A DNA stretch of 64,000 nucleotides from Balanoglossus misakiensis (Eukaryota; Animalia; Hemichordata), in NCBI GenBank assembly GCA_040954595.2, contig CM082578.2, forward strand, positions 2,772,831 to 2,836,830, in the 5' to 3' direction. A program made the position numbers and the translations under genes. Below are positions 1 to 13,609 of the stretch, piece by piece (within the stretch, counting starts at the first letter, position 1; each line of letters begins with the position of its first letter). Below the pieces are notes generated by a model. It saw only the letters and a program-made list of their open reading frames with translations. It was not told the origin of the DNA and made no database searches.

Positions 1-597
1 ATACTCACAAGGTAAAACCTCGAGCTACGATTCTGCAGGCGTTTTGGTTTAGTCGTGTATCACATCATATCGTGGCTGAAAACTGTATTCTACCTGTCTC
101 ATCATTGCTTGGACCATGACTCCTTGATTCAGCTCGACATGACTCAAGTTGAAGACACAATAAATCAATATAAATATTACTGCTGGTCGACGCACCGACA
201 CTCGAGTCTCATGAGTCATGGCGATCGAGTGCTTTTGTGACAGGCCAAAGGTCAACCCTGTTGAGGGCGTGCTCCGGTTATAACCTTATAATACTGTACT
301 ATGAAAATAATTTTCAAGTTGAAAATGAACTGCGGGCGGGAACGTGGGCCTGCACTGGTCGATACCATATTATTTATGGGACTGTCAATGCCGACAACCT
401 AGTTTAACATGTGTGTCTGCAAAATAGTCCGAGACACAGTCATTGCGGCTTGTTCAACGCCAGAAAATTAAAATACAAACAACTGGCAGAAAACTTGGTG
501 TGTTTTCGTTTGGATATTCTAAGACTGGAAAACATATCGCTCGAGGGCACTAGCTGAGCTCCGTCATCATTCAGTGGACGGTGAAAAATAGCCGTAA

Positions 598-1492
598 GGG
601 ACCGTTCAGTTTTTACGGCCGGGGGGGGGGCGGCAAAATCCAGGGGGGGGGGGGGTCACTTAAATTTTGAAGTCCTAAAGGGGGGGGGGTCATCTGTTTT
701 TTTTAAACGTTTAAGGGGGGGGGTCACATACTTTTGCCACCGAACTTTTGCTTTTGAGTCCACAAAATTGCAGTTGCGCGCCCTTTATTTTGCAAAATTT
801 TCTAATGGTTTGTCTAGTGTACCAGGGCAGAGTGCTTGTCACCCCCCAACCCCACCGATGATATTATTTAACAAAGTAAATATATAAGGGAGAATAATCG
901 TTTAAACCATTTCGCATAACTGATAGTTTCGCGCTGCATCTTCTATATACTAGAAGTTTTATAAATGATGTCATGACGTGGATGACGCCAAATCTTCTAA
1001 CTTTGAGTGGAGTGGCAAAAGTAAAATTGGTCCTCCCAAAAATTGAGATAATTTGCTTTTGAGTTCATAAAAATGCAACTTTGAGCACCGTATTTTACAA
1101 AATTTTCTTATGTGGGAGGGGGACACCCCCTCCCACGCCCACCCCCGCCACTTTTCTTGTTTTACCAATTCTGGCAACTATTGTATTGACTTGTCATTTT
1201 AATTTGTTCATAGATTTCTTTATTGCAACGATATACTATTATATACTTAAATTACTTTAAGAAATTTATAATTTAGGTGTGAGGAGCCTCATTCCCTTTA
1301 TTGCATACAGTCTACATAGGATCAGGACGGCGAATGTTTTCGGGGGGGGGGGGTCATCATATTTTTTGGTCTGTCAAAGGGGGGGGTCATCATTTTTTGG
1401 TCCTGGACGAAGGGGGGGTCGGCCTGATTTTGAAAACTGATGACACAAAACTTGCCGCCCCCCCCCCCCTGCCGTAAAAACTGAACGGTCCC
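598..1492. mobile_element. PIF/Harbinger-type MITE, family copy 1
   Basis: TIR GGGACCGTTCAGTTTTTACGGC...GCCGTAAAAACTGAACGGTCCC flanked by TAA/TAA TSD; homologous to 12811-13609 and 15855-16639; non-coding, G/C-run rich. Confidence 0.85.
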
Positions 1493-2617
1493 TAAAGTGT
1501 AAATAGTGACACTATAAAAATAATGGCGGCTGGACAGCGAAAGCCAATAATAAATATTTCCAAAGGTGGTCAGCAGAAAAGTGGAGTTCGCTCATTTGTC
1601 AATTGTGGCAAATGCTGTATAGACACGGAGCAAGTACGCGAGAATACTAATGCGTGAATATTCGTAAAATTGAAAGTCTTGTCACTTCTCTTTACAAGTT
1701 GCTGGTTGTTTACACTCCTTTGTAAGCATTTTTTCGATCGCTAATAAATTGCAGGGGGTTAAAACGTGCTTGGTTTTGAAATTCAAGGCCGTGAGATTAG
1801 TCGATCATAATAAAAATAAAAACTACCGAGGCAACAATTTTCCGTTTTCCCCTTGGGTGAACATATTCAACGGAGTTTATCCTCGAAATTGAGCGCGTTG
1901 GCTATTCAATTGTTTTCTACCATTCAATTTTAATTCATTTGACTGAGTTATGGGTAGACCTAAACGTTCATGAAAATGACAATAGCAGACGCGGGTTTTC
2001 TAGCAATCCTATGGGAAAAGACAAATTGAAAGCGTTTGTACAGATTGTAATTTATACTCGGTTGGCTGCCGTCCTCCACGTGGATCTATTCATGGTGTAC
2101 GGTGTGCCTTAATACTTGGTTTACTTTCTATTTCATTCGACGCTAATGTTTAGACCATGTAATTAGTTCTACTGTATGGAGATAGTCAATTAAAGAGGCC
2201 CTGGTGGGCCTATAGGCTTCATGTAAATCTTGACATTCTTATGATATCAATTGGTCCGACTTGCTGCTTTGAACCATGTATTGTTTTGGCATTGCTGCAC
2301 TCAATGTCGAATACGTCCGTCTGCCATTATTCCAACACGTAGGCCTGACTCAAGCAGAAAACAGAGCAAATTGTTGCAACGAAAACCGGCCCTGCCGTTC
2401 TTTCTATACAACCTACTTGCTTATGGATTCTCTTGTTACAAGACGGATATGTCATGCACAATGCGAACCAGAACATATAATACAGGGCCCTGGCAGCTAC
2501 CTAAGGGAAGTTGCGCGCAAACACAAGGAAAAATCATTAACAATATATATTATACTTACTTCAATCTTTTGGCCCAGGGACAGCAACAAATCCGAACAAA
2601 AACTAATATTGAAACTA

Positions 2618-2770
2618 TAACTAAGAAACTAACTAACTAACTAACTAACTAAGTATCTAACTAACTTACTAACTAACTTACTACTAAGCAACTAACTATC
2701 TTACTAACTTACTAACTAACTACTAAGTAACTAACTATCTAACTAACTTACTAACCAACTAAAAATACTA
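2618..2770. repeat. Degenerate (CTAA)n microsatellite
   Basis: Visible run of aact/ctaa units. Confidence 0.85.
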
Positions 2771-5700
2771 ATACTAAAACTAATCTGAAATAAGAAAATA
2801 TACTAACTAAAAATATAATAATAAACGGAACTAATATAATAAACTAATCTATCTAACTAAATGACTAAGAAATTTGAAAGAAATGCGACTGTAAACGATA
2901 ACTGAATGAAAAAAAATTCTATATCAAACTAATACTGATCTAAACTATGAAATATGATAATGAACTGGGAAATGCAATAAAACTAAACTAAGAACTAATA
3001 AATCGAGAAAAAATCTAAAGCTAGGGAATGTTTGCGGATCGAATATGAAGGCGTGTGGACAGAAGGGAGAACGATAAACGAACTGAACGTCAACGACAAG
3101 GTTTTTTTGTTATGCAAATACCTTGAGCGATATGCTAAATAGACAGAAGTGAAAATGACATCGTAAGGAGGTGTAAAGGATAAAACAACAGGTGAAACAA
3201 ACTGAACGCAGTTGTTGGTAGCATGCAGATTGAGCTGTCAAAAAACCTCACCAATCAGGAACAGCCTTCCAAGATTGCAAAGTTATGCAGCACTCTCTCG
3301 TAAGGTTATTTTTGATTGGTCAAATTCTTTACCATGTCACCACTGTTATACAACCATGCATATAAACAATCAAATTTGCATGGATGCACTGACATCAATG
3401 ATATGCCTTTCAAAGCGCCACACTTTGTCAAATAACATATGTTGTGCATGCTTCTGGCACGCTCTGCCTTAGACAACTTAGACAATATTATCCAAAAAAG
3501 AAATAAGAGACAAAATCATCTGATAAGGCAAAAAAATGAAATGCTTCTGGTCAGCGCCCGCGTCACTTGAATAACAGCGCGTCCCCCCTTTTTTCTGGTT
3601 TTTGGTGACGGCAACGGCAAACTCGCACTGTTTCAGCTATATCTATAAAACACTGGACACTTAGGGGCGCGTGATCAGTGACTGCATGAACAGTATTCAT
3701 GTGACTATATTGATAAAACTATAAAACTGACTTATAGGGGGGAAAAATAAATAAAATTCCTACGCCACACACTTTCTGGAATTAGAAACAGCAGATACAC
3801 TAAGCAAAATTACTAAAAGTGAAAAGTTTGAAGTATATAAACGAGGGGACAACGTGTTGTTCATTGCTTGTGTGCCTTCGAATAAGATGATTATTATGTA
3901 CATGTTACCAAAATGTTTTCATAATTTTCTAGAAATATAGAAATAAATACAATTTACTTATTTTGTCAAATTTTCCTTGCAAACACCATTGTCATTGAAT
4001 GTACTTACATGCGTAAACACACATCTGCTTTAAAACAAAGAGGTGATGGGTCACGTATTTACTGCGTTGTATTGAATTGAGCGGACAAATTCTTTTGGTT
4101 TTCATGCATTCTTTCAGAGCTTTCCCGAGTAGCTTGCATAGTGCGCCCTCTTGTGGTGACGTGTCTTCCGGGAATCGGCCCATCGGCCCGATAGAAACAA
4201 ATCATCGAAGAGTTCCATCACTCTCGTTATGAAGAAACAAAATTCGCCATCGTTCCCGTTGTTAGATGGTGAAACACGTTAGAGGAAAGTGTATTTTAAG
4301 AATAGTATTTCCATTTCGACATAAACTGAGTGGAACGAGCAAATTGATTGAAACGTTCCGTAGGGCTAATGGAGTGTTCAGATTTTACTTCCAGGCCCAA
4401 GCCCCAGAGAGGAAGAAAAAGCGCTCCTACTCGTGTATGACATTATTACACTCTGTACTTTTTGTAACCTGTGGGAAGGTTACACCAGCCACGCTTAGCA
4501 AGCCTGATTTCCAACGGCCAGACTAGCCGCATATAACAACAATGCTTTATTAGGCCTATTTTTCAAGGCCACCGCTTCATATCAGAAAATAGACTTACAG
4601 TAACATTCTCTGTCAATCGTTTACTCAGATTTTACAGAGAAAAAAGTTAATAGAACCAAATAAAAATCAACTTGAATTTTTATTTCCAGCTTCTTGCACC
4701 ACCCAGACATAGCCCAACCTATATGAAAACAAAATGAACTAGTAATTGATGTGGCCCAATTATTTCTGCCTAAATTGTTCATGATGTACGCTTGGAGAGG
4801 GAGTCTGTGATGAGGAAATAAATACGGCACAATTCCAAATTTATCTAGATTCGGGTTTGTGGAGTACCGGGGTGGGAGATAATTTAAAACGTTATTAAAT
4901 TTACATTGCAAAAGGAAATGGTTCTCGTTTTCGGTACTGCCGTCATTGCAAATACAAAATCTATTCTCTCGTGAAAGTTTTGTTTGTCTTTCTTGTTTAT
5001 TGATACCATACGGAAGAAAGAAAGTGAGTATTTAAATATAGGTTTCATAGGGGTCAAAAGAGTTCCAGTGACAGAGAAGATTTGGTGTCAAGTCTACTTG
5101 AACAAACGTACCCGCATAAGGTAACCACAATCTTTCAATGATTCTGTGAAAAGCTATATTAAGTTTTGGTGCAACATTTTTCGAGATTGCTGAGCCAGAG
5201 TATGCATGATGTCGTCACAGACAAAGAAATAACTTTTACCCAAAAAGCGGGTTCTACGACGTAGCCTACATTGGAGACTCGAGGTTGTGCAAAACTATTG
5301 AACTTTGGACAATAATTATAATCTGACGTTTACTCTGAAATTTGGTTATAATATATGGTTACGGCACCCCCCCCCCCAAAAAAAAAATATATATAAAACA
5401 AACAAACACAATGAACCTCACGAAAAAAAAAAAATCTGATATTGTTGAATTGGCAAGCTGGACCAAGTACGTTCCAATTGAAGTGCCAATCGTCATAACC
5501 ATTTTCACGGAAATTAACAGTAGTTTATTTCCGTACCGTCACAGGAAAGAAAATTAATTGAAATGTTATTTCACAAAAACTTGAGTTCTACCTCGTAATG
5601 ACGTCAGTCCGGAATCACATGAGATTGCACAAATCTCCCAGAAGTCAGTGCGCATTTCTACCCCGTAAGTAGAAGTCACGTTGTTTCAGAGCTCTCGCCA

Positions 5701-5869
5701 AAATTGGCGTAAAAAGCTCAAATTCGTAATTTTAACGAACACTTGGCAGACCGGAGGTCTCCGTTCTTGGGTTGAATAACCCCTGGATCTAAAATTCTGT
5801 GAAGAATTTCACAAATCGACAGAAAAACTGTCCAGTGGGATTTGTCTCACATCCACGCTAACGCACATC

Positions 5870-7336
5870 ATGGCGGCAGTCGACCCCGAAGTCGCTGACA
5901 CATCTAGCGGTAAAGACAAATCTACTGCCGCAAAACCCTCAGGGGCTAAAACCAAAAAACCGGACGATCCAAAAACGTCTCGGACTACAGGTGCGAAGAC
6001 ACATGTGTCGACAGATAAGCGTGATCCGACACCACCGGTACGCTCAGGAAGACGTACATCTTCTCTGCTGAACGAACACCGACCCGCTACGGGGCGAACC
6101 CAGATCGATACCCCAATAGCGGCAGACATCCCACCAAATTTTCCTAGGGGTGAAAGTCAGTCTGGACCCCATGCTCAGGAGGATTTTAGTACTGCTTTAA
6201 ATCGCTTTGCAGCAATGCAGCAACAGTCGATGAACTCGTTCGCACACGCAATGTCCAGCAGTGTGTCCCAGGCATTGAACGATGCCATAACAAGGATGGA
6301 TCGCAAACGTGCCGCAGAGGCAGAAATCGAACATCATGACAGAAACCTTACGCCAAAAAGGCTAAAAATACCCATCACCGGCGATCCAAGTGATTTTGAC
6401 GGAAATCCTGTGAATTTCCTACATACGGAAAATGAGCGGGAAGTGCGTGAAATGACCCCGGAAGAAGAGGTCAACGACATTGACACAGCAGTCGCTAACT
6501 TGTTCGATTACAACGAACGTACACGCGCTTCACAGGGCTCACAAGACTGTGCAAGTACAGACAATGAGATCGACATTCAAGCCACTACTAGCTCAGGACA
6601 GCCGTCGGAGGACTGGCTAAACGATTTGGCGCAGGAGTTGGATCTGGAAGATCAGAAATTCGGGCCGCCGATCAGTACCAAACTGGCGGAGATAGCCAAC
6701 AAGATGATGGCCACGCCACTGAGCAAAGAAACGCTAAGAGAGAAATTTAAACAATATCTGACACCAGAAAACTGTGATAAAGTAGTAGCAGCAAAGGTAA
6801 ATGAAGAAATTTGGCACAAAGTAAAACCAGATACACGTTCTCGTGATATCAAATTACAGTCAATACAGAAGTGTTTGATAAAGGCCATGATTCCCATGCT
6901 ACTCATAACTGATAATTTACTGAAACCACAGAAACCATTGGTAACAGTTAACGCACAAACCTTGGTCAAACAGCTGACAGATGCTTTAGCCTTCATGGGT
7001 CAAGGCTGCTGGGAAATAAACCAGCGACGACGAGCTGCCATAAGGCCGGATCTAAATCAACAATACAGACAGCTGTGTTCTAGACAAGTACCAATAACAA
7101 CCTTCCTTTTTGGAGATGATCTTCCTAAACAAGTAAATGACATCAACACCACAAATAGAGTTGGATATAAGGTGTCAACAAGCCAGAAGTATCAAAACCA
7201 ACGCACCAACTATGGTCGATCAGGCTACAGGACAAACTACCAAAGCCAACAAAAGGGAAAAAACTACTATTCCCTCCACAAAAAACCACAGTACAATGCC
7301 CAGTGGAAGAAAGGGACAGAAGGGTCACAGAAATAG
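5870..7336 (+). CDS. DIRS ORF1 gag-like protein, 488 aa
   Basis: Long intact ORF; VNEEIW..RSRDIKLQSIQ, INQRRRAAIRPDLN, LCS..LFGDDL motifs resemble animal DIRS ORF1; directly upstream of RT. Confidence 0.75.
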   Translation: MAAVDPEVADTSSGKDKSTAAKPSGAKTKKPDDPKTSRTTGAKTHVSTDKRDPTPPVRSGRRTSSLLNEHRPATGRTQIDTPIAADIPPNFPRGESQSGPHAQEDFSTALNRFAAMQQQSMNSFAHAMSSSVSQALNDAITRMDRKRAAEAEIEHHDRNLTPKRLKIPITGDPSDFDGNPVNFLHTENEREVREMTPEEEVNDIDTAVANLFDYNERTRASQGSQDCASTDNEIDIQATTSSGQPSEDWLNDLAQELDLEDQKFGPPISTKLAEIANKMMATPLSKETLREKFKQYLTPENCDKVVAAKVNEEIWHKVKPDTRSRDIKLQSIQKCLIKAMIPMLLITDNLLKPQKPLVTVNAQTLVKQLTDALAFMGQGCWEINQRRRAAIRPDLNQQYRQLCSRQVPITTFLFGDDLPKQVNDINTTNRVGYKVSTSQKYQNQRTNYGRSGYRTNYQSQQKGKNYYSLHKKPQYNAQWKKGTEGSQK

Positions 7337-8715
7337 AGATGACTAAGGTCAGTAAAAAAGGTGAGAACAACAATGATTCCTACACAATCAAACCCTTTGT
7401 GGCAGGTGCTCTGAGAATGCACATTAATAAATGGAGAGAAATAACCTCGGATGAGAAAATATTAAGCATAGTCAAAGGTTGTGAAATTGAATTTGATATG
7501 ATACCCCCGCAGCGGTCGGCAATTAGAGTCATAAAGTTCACAGAACAGGAACAGACAATTATTGACTCTGAAATTACAAAGCTTTGTAATAAGCAGGTTA
7601 TCATACCATCTACACATTGTGAAGGGGAATTCATCTCCCCCATTTTCATTAGGCCAAAAAAGAATGGCGATTACAGGTTAATTTTAAATTTGAAAGACCT
7701 TAACAAATATGTATCATATCACCATTTTAAAATGGAATCACTATTATCTGTAATAACCCTGATGCGGAAAGACTGCTATATGGCATCCATAGATCTGAAA
7801 GATGCTTATTACTCAGTGCCCATTGCAAATCATCACCAGAAATATTTGAAATTTATCTGGAGAAAACAATTATATCAGTTCACCTGTCTCCCAAATGGTT
7901 TGGCCTGTGCGCCTAGACTATTCACTAAGCTTTTAAAGCCAGTTTTTGCACATATACGAAACATGGGACATATTTCAGCACCATATATTGACGACTCCTA
8001 CTTGCAAGGAGACAATTTTCAGGAGTGTCAGCTGAACATACGCTATACTACCAACTATTGTTAGAGCTAGGATTCACTCCAAATCAGGAAAAATCAATTA
8101 TGATACCCACACAAAGATTGATATTCTTGGTTTTTTTATTGGATTCTTATCAAATGAAAATTTCATTGACAGAGGAGAAAGCTCAGAAATTACAAAGGGC
8201 TTGCCAATCCTTATTAGATAGTATGAAAACCACAATCAGAGAGGTTGCTCATGTCATAGGACTAATGGTATCATCATTTCCTGGGAATCAACATGGGCCA
8301 CTGTTCTATCGAAATTTAGAACTTAGCAAAATAAAAGCACTGAAATCTGCACGTGGGAATTACGATGCAAGCATGTCACTCAATGATAATGACAAAAATG
8401 ACTTACAATGGTGGATAACCAAGATAACTACTGTCTCTAAACCAGTCTCACATGACCAGCCCACTATTTGGTTACAATCTGACGCCTCCAAAAAAGGGTG
8501 GGGGGGCAGTCAGGCAGGGTCACAGCACAGGGGGTCAGTGGACACCTGAGGAATCATTAGAACACATAAATTTCTTGGAACTAAAGGCAGCATTCTTTGC
8601 TTTAAAGAGCTTTTGCTCTGATTGTAGCCAGGTTCACATACGAATAGAAATAGACAACACTACCGCAGTAGCCTATGTAAACCATATGGGAGGCACCCAA
8701 TCAATCAAATGCAAA
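7303..8715 (+). pseudogene. DIRS reverse transcriptase/RNase H, frameshifted
   Basis: SPIFIRPKKNGDYRLILNLKDLN, IDLKDAY, LPNGLACAPRLFTK, YIDD (7303-8064), then SDASKKGWG (8025-8549) and HINFLELKA, DNTTAVAYVNHMGGT (8452-) in shifted frames; two frameshifts. Confidence 0.88.
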
Positions 8716-9004
8716 CAGTATAGAAAACATTTTCCAAGTTCCGAAAAGTAGCCGTTTTTTAAACTTTTTTCAAGGAAATTAGTGTTTTGTTCACAGTACA
8801 ATATATTTCGATATTTTTCTATGATTATTTTCAAGATGTTTGCGAGTGTGCAGAAAGAAAAGAATAAACTGTGAAATTTCCATAGAAATAATGAAGGAGC
8901 CATCTTTGGGTTGTATGGATTTGAATATTTCATTGAAAAAAACTAATAACTAAACTATGAATTCAATTAATAGTACAATTTGCAAAAATTGCTAGTCACT
9001 CCAG

Positions 9005-9210
9005 AAGGGTCAGTGCTTGGAAATGTGAGAGCCTGGAAATTTCCAAGCACTGACAAGGGTCAGTGGTCGGAAATTTCCAGACACTCAGGGAATGTGAGAG
9101 CCTAGAAATTTCCAAGCACTGACAGGGTTAGTGGCCGGAAATTTCCAGACACTCGGGGAATGTGAGTGCCTGGAAATTTCCAAGCATTGACAGGGTCAGT
9201 GCTTGGAAAT
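9005..9210 (-). repeat. 69-bp minisatellite, ~3 units, reverse orientation
   Basis: Reverse complement of the units at 11295-11815. Confidence 0.85.
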
Positions 9211-9542
9211 CTTGAGTTTCTCTATCATGTTTCAAATTATGGCCTTTAGGAAAACGATCTGTTGAGGAACTTCGCCTGTGTTTATATCTTCAACCCTACG
9301 GATGAGTTTGGTCGATTGACTGCGGTGGCCTCTTCTGCTGTTCTTCTCTCTCTCTCCATGCCCGACATCATGGTCTCGGCACCAACAAATGTACCGCGTA
9401 CACTTGGGAATAGGTTCGGAATGAAGAGAGAGGGGCGGGATGGCCAATACTTCTTTATATACAGTGGTTTGAACTGTGACATTTGGTAACACTGCATAAT
9501 TCAAGAACAATAGCATTTGGTAGTTGTGAAGTTGTGACTTTA

Positions 9543-10721
9543 GTGCCTTTCTCACGTGCCGTCAACGCCGCCCCAGCGGCGGTGCTAGGGCGGCGTTAAT
9601 TTGTAAGTGCCACGTGTGAAAAGGTGAGAGCGGCCCTGCGCCGCTCTTTTTTTGTGACGGTGTTGAGGGGTGGGACCTGGGTCGGGGCGCCGCACTAAAC
9701 AGCGATTCAAATCACGTGTGAACAGAAACACCGCACTAAACGCCGATCTAAACGCACTCTGCCGACGCGGTTTGAGGGGATACAAGTGGCAGTTTCTAAT
9801 GAGCTTGCATGTAAAATTACCCCTCTGAAAAGAGCGATGTTTAGCACCTTGCTTAGTCAACGGTCAATTTGCCTTGTTGCTGATGGTCATCAGTAAAATG
9901 AGGAGCCCCAAAACCTACAGGCAAAGCCTTGAGGTAGTCGGAACTTACTGCAGCTGGGGCTCTGCTGAAAAAATTGAGACGCCCAGTGGAAGTGGTAGTG
10001 AAACTTGTAGCAAAGTTCATGGTGATAATTGCTAGGCAACTAGGTCTTGCCATTGTCTGGCTAAAAATACATCCCTGTGCGTGAATAAATTAAAAACGTC
10101 TTTGTCCCAAGGGACCAACTCAAAGCGTTCCCACATCCCGGTATGCTTTTACTACTAGCATGGAGTCATGCTACTAGTATATTACGCACTGGTTTCAAAG
10201 CTGTAAGACTCACAGGCGGTACTGTAGAAGCGCTTATACTTATAGGATGACTGTACAAAAACTGGAAAAGTGTGGATTTTCTCGGATCTTCCATTTATTT
10301 GATGTGGAACAACAAATGGGACAAGTGGCGAAATGTGTCCTTGATTTTCAATCGCACCATGAAGCCTATTTGAACCTAATTTGCATAAATGTCCGAGGGG
10401 GTCGTTCTGGCACTTTGACTCATTTTTACCCCCATTGTTTCATCTTTTTGTAAAGAATAATTATTTTTTCCTGGTCGAACCGAAGGATAGATTACGGTAT
10501 ACGCTGCTTGGGTATAAGTTCAGAGCTACATATACAGTAAACACATCACTGAATCCGCCATTGTGACCTTTAGCCACTCTGCTGTGGACGCATTGAGTGC
10601 GGTGATCCCGTCCCTTTTATACACATGTGAATGCAAAACTATTTGAGTCGCTGATAAGAAATGTTTGCCAACTTTTATAATCCCGAAAAGGGCGCCCTAA
10701 TCATTGCACGTGAGAAAGCCC
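9543..10721. mobile_element. Nested Harbinger-like non-autonomous element
   Basis: Imperfect TIR G(T/G)GC(C)TTTCTCACGTGC with TTA on both flanks. Confidence 0.6.
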
Positions 10722-10833
10722 TTAGAAAGAACAATTGTGTCAGATAAACAATACCAATTCCCAATAAACAACTAGTGTATGGGCTAACTCAGAGGAGTTG
10801 GTAGGCGAAGCCTGTCATGAACATTGTGACGCT

Positions 10834-11227
10834 AAGGCTCCTTAGACAAACCTGGTGCGTCTGCGGTCCAGATCCGTACCAGAGCTTTTCGCTGAAATTC
10901 GATTTTATCGGGAGAATATCCTTTCCCTGTCTACTAACCGGTTATAACCGACTCCGCGATTGACTTCTTCTAACATCCGAACCGCTCGCTTTCTGAAACT
11001 TTTGTGTTTACCCATTGAGATAACCTCACTGTATTCAATATGGCGATCTCAACAGGTAAACACAAGAGAAAATCAGAAAGCGAGCGGCTCGGAAGTTAAT
11101 TACATCATATTTGGAGTCATCTGTGGGTAGACGGGGGAAAGATTCCCCCCGATAAAATCGAATCTCGGCCGAAAAGCTGCTGTCCGGATCCGGATCTCAG
11201 ACGAATCAGTTTTGTCCATGGAGCCTT
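10834..11227. mobile_element. Foldback MITE (~390-bp imperfect palindrome)
   Basis: AAGGCTCC...GGAGCCTT ends; internal arms complementary (TTCGATTTTATCGGG/CCCGATAAAATCGAA; CCGCTCGCTTTCTGA/TCAGAAAGCGAGCGG). Confidence 0.75.
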
Positions 11228-11294
11228 GCAGAGATGTGGTGGAAGCCGTGTATTAAACGCCGGGAGAACGCAGACATGTACGGAGGACTACCAC

Positions 11295-11815
11295 GACCCT
11301 GTCAGTGCTTGGAAAGTTCAAGGCTCTCACATTCCCTGAGTGTCTGGAAATTTCCGACCACTGACCCTTGTCTGTGCTTGGAAATTTCTAAGCTCTCACA
11401 TTCCCTGAGTGTCTGGAAATTTCCGACCACTGACCCTTGTCAGTGCTTGGAAATTTCCAGGCTCTCACATTCCCTGAGTGTCCGGAAATTTCCGACCACT
11501 GACCCTTGTCAGTGCTTGGAAATTTCTAAGCTCTCACATTCCCTGAGCGTCTGGAAATTTCCGACCACTGACCCTTGTCAGTGCTTGGAAATTTCCAGGC
11601 TCTCATATTCCCGGAGTGTCTGGAAATTTCCGACCACTGACCCTTGTCAGTGCTTGGAAATTTCCAGGCTCTCACATTCCCTGAGTGTCTGGAAATTTCC
11701 GACCACTGACCCTTGTCAGTGCTTGGAAATTTCCAGACTCTCACATTCCCTGAGTGTCTGGAAATTTCCGACCACTGACCCTTGTCAGTGCTTGGAAATT
11801 TCCAAGCTCTCACAT
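11295..11815 (+). repeat. 69-bp minisatellite, ~7.5 units, two GGAAATTTC(C/T) per unit
   Basis: Unit CTGACCCTTGTCAGTGCTTGGAAATTTCCAGGCTCTCACATTCCCTGAGTGTCTGGAAATTTCCGACCA. Confidence 0.95.
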
Positions 11816-12810
11816 GCCACGGACTCTTTTCCAAGTATTTCAGCTGCAAAATATGGATTTGTCAATGAGCAGTGCTTATTTCCTAAAATTCATACGAAAT
11901 TCAACGGATTTGTGTGATACGGATATTAATCTAACAATTCTTGTAATAAATATTGGGTTTCAGATTTACTTTTTGATGCTATTGTTTTTTCTGGCGAAAT
12001 TTTACAAACAATTCACACACTTGCAAATTTTCAATAGAAATATTGCTCATGATAAACATGGAGACAAAATTTCATTAGAAAAAAAATCAAAAGGACTGTA
12101 ATGTACGTGGCTTTGAAGGAGACTCAGTTTTTTCACAGATAAATTTTAATTTGAGTTTAAAGCCAAAATATGACATAATGCATTTTTCCTGCTGTACAGC
12201 TGCAGGAAAGAGACTAAGAATACCTTTATGTAATTTTTTCATTAGAAATTGGCAAAGAATGGGGAATATTTTCATAAATTTCTGACTTTTTCAGCAGTAA
12301 TTATGTAAAAAAGAGGTTTTTCGGAAATTGGAAAATGTTTTCTATACTGTTCTATTTAGAATTTACTTTGCATAAAATGTAATAAAACTGTGTTTGGTGT
12401 CAGTACGGACTCCCAATTGAAAGTCCTCGCAAAAAATTGCGGTTTTAGAAAAGGAAAGTCTGGCCCTTGATTTCGAAGTGCAAAGCAATCAAGATCTTCT
12501 TAGTTCTGTTACAGAACTGACTGCCCATAGAATGAAAAAAAAAATGAATTCCTCGTACCAACAGCATCTCATTGCTCTTATCAAGGCAATGAATACTGAC
12601 GAGGAATACCTAAATGTGACCTCGACTAGAGTCAACCAAAACACAAGAAAAATGCTCTACCCACAATGCTACTGATCCAAACGTACAGACTTTCTAAAAT
12701 TCTTAGTTTTTAAACACCAGCTTTTTCTTTCTGGTGTGACTGTTTTAATTCAGAGTTTTCTTCCTTAAGAAATTATTTTTCATGAAAAGCTTCGTTCTTC
12801 ATTAGACTAA

Positions 12811-13609
12811 GAGACCGTTCAGTTTTTATGGCTGGGGGCGGCAAAATCTGGGGGGGGGGGGGGGGGGGGGCTCAATTAAATTTGAAATCCAAAAGGGGGG
12901 GGGGGTCATCGTTTTTTTCGAAACGTTTAGGGGGGGGGGTCACACACTTTTGCCCCCCCCCCAACTTTTGTTTTTGAACCCAAGCAAATGATTTCGAGCC
13001 GTTTATTTTACAAAATTTTCTAATTTATTGGCTGGTTTGTCTAGTGTACCAGGGCAGAGTACTTGCCACCTACATGTACCCCACTGATGCTAACTTTGAG
13101 CAGCAAAAGTCAAAATTGTCCTCCCAACATTGATTTATTATGCTTTTGAGTTCATTAAAATATAACTTTGCGATCAGTATTTTACAAAATTTTCTTATAT
13201 GGCAGGGGGACACCCCCTCCCACACACAACCCCTTCACTTCTCTTGTTTTACCAATTCTAGAAACTATTGTATTGACTTGTCATTTTATTTTGTTCATAG
13301 ATTTCTTTATTGCAACACAGTACTATAATACACCTCATTTATACTTTTCTTAAAGAAATTTATAAATGAGGGGTGGGGAGCCTCTTTGTTCATAAGATCA
13401 GGAGGGCGAGCAGGCTCTTAGAAACAAGCTTTTTTTCTTCCACAAGTAGTTGTGGAATGTTTTCGGGGGGGGGGCATCATATTTTTTTGCCTGTCAAGGG
13501 GGGGGGGTCATTATTTTTTGGTCCTGGGTGAAGGGGGGTCTGCCTAATTTTGAAAACCGATAACACAAACTTGCGCCCCCTGGCCTGCCGTAAAAAACTG
13601 AAGGGTCCC
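12811..13609. mobile_element. PIF/Harbinger-type MITE, copy 2
   Basis: Degenerate TIRs GAGACCGTTCAG/CTGAAGGGTCCC, TAA TSD, internal homology to 598-1492. Confidence 0.8.

Larger units (their letters stand above)
5870..8715 (+). mobile_element. DIRS-like (tyrosine-recombinase class) retrotransposon, 3' truncated
   Basis: gag-like ORF followed by an overlapping RT/RNase H ORF with DIRS-type motifs; cut at ~8715 by a TIR element; no methyltransferase or YR ORF present; 5' terminus not resolved. Confidence 0.85.
8714..12351. mobile_element. Non-autonomous TIR DNA element with inverted subterminal 69-bp arrays and nested MITEs
   Basis: ~33-bp TIR AACAGTATAGAAAACATTTTCCAA(G/T)TTCCGAAAA at both ends; no TSD evident. 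Confidence 0.7.

Noticed and set aside
2251-2640. 129-aa and 114-aa overlapping ORFs
   Set aside because: Non-ATG or weak starts, no recognisable motifs, and they run into a microsatellite.
9232-9555. Possible transposase fragment inside the TIR element
   Set aside because: No DDE or DNA-binding motif recognisable; the ORF crosses a nested insertion boundary.
11234-11917. 227-aa repetitive ORF, or a CRISPR-like array
   Set aside because: It is readthrough of a 69-bp (3n) minisatellite; the units are contiguous with no unique spacers, there are no cas genes and the context is eukaryotic.
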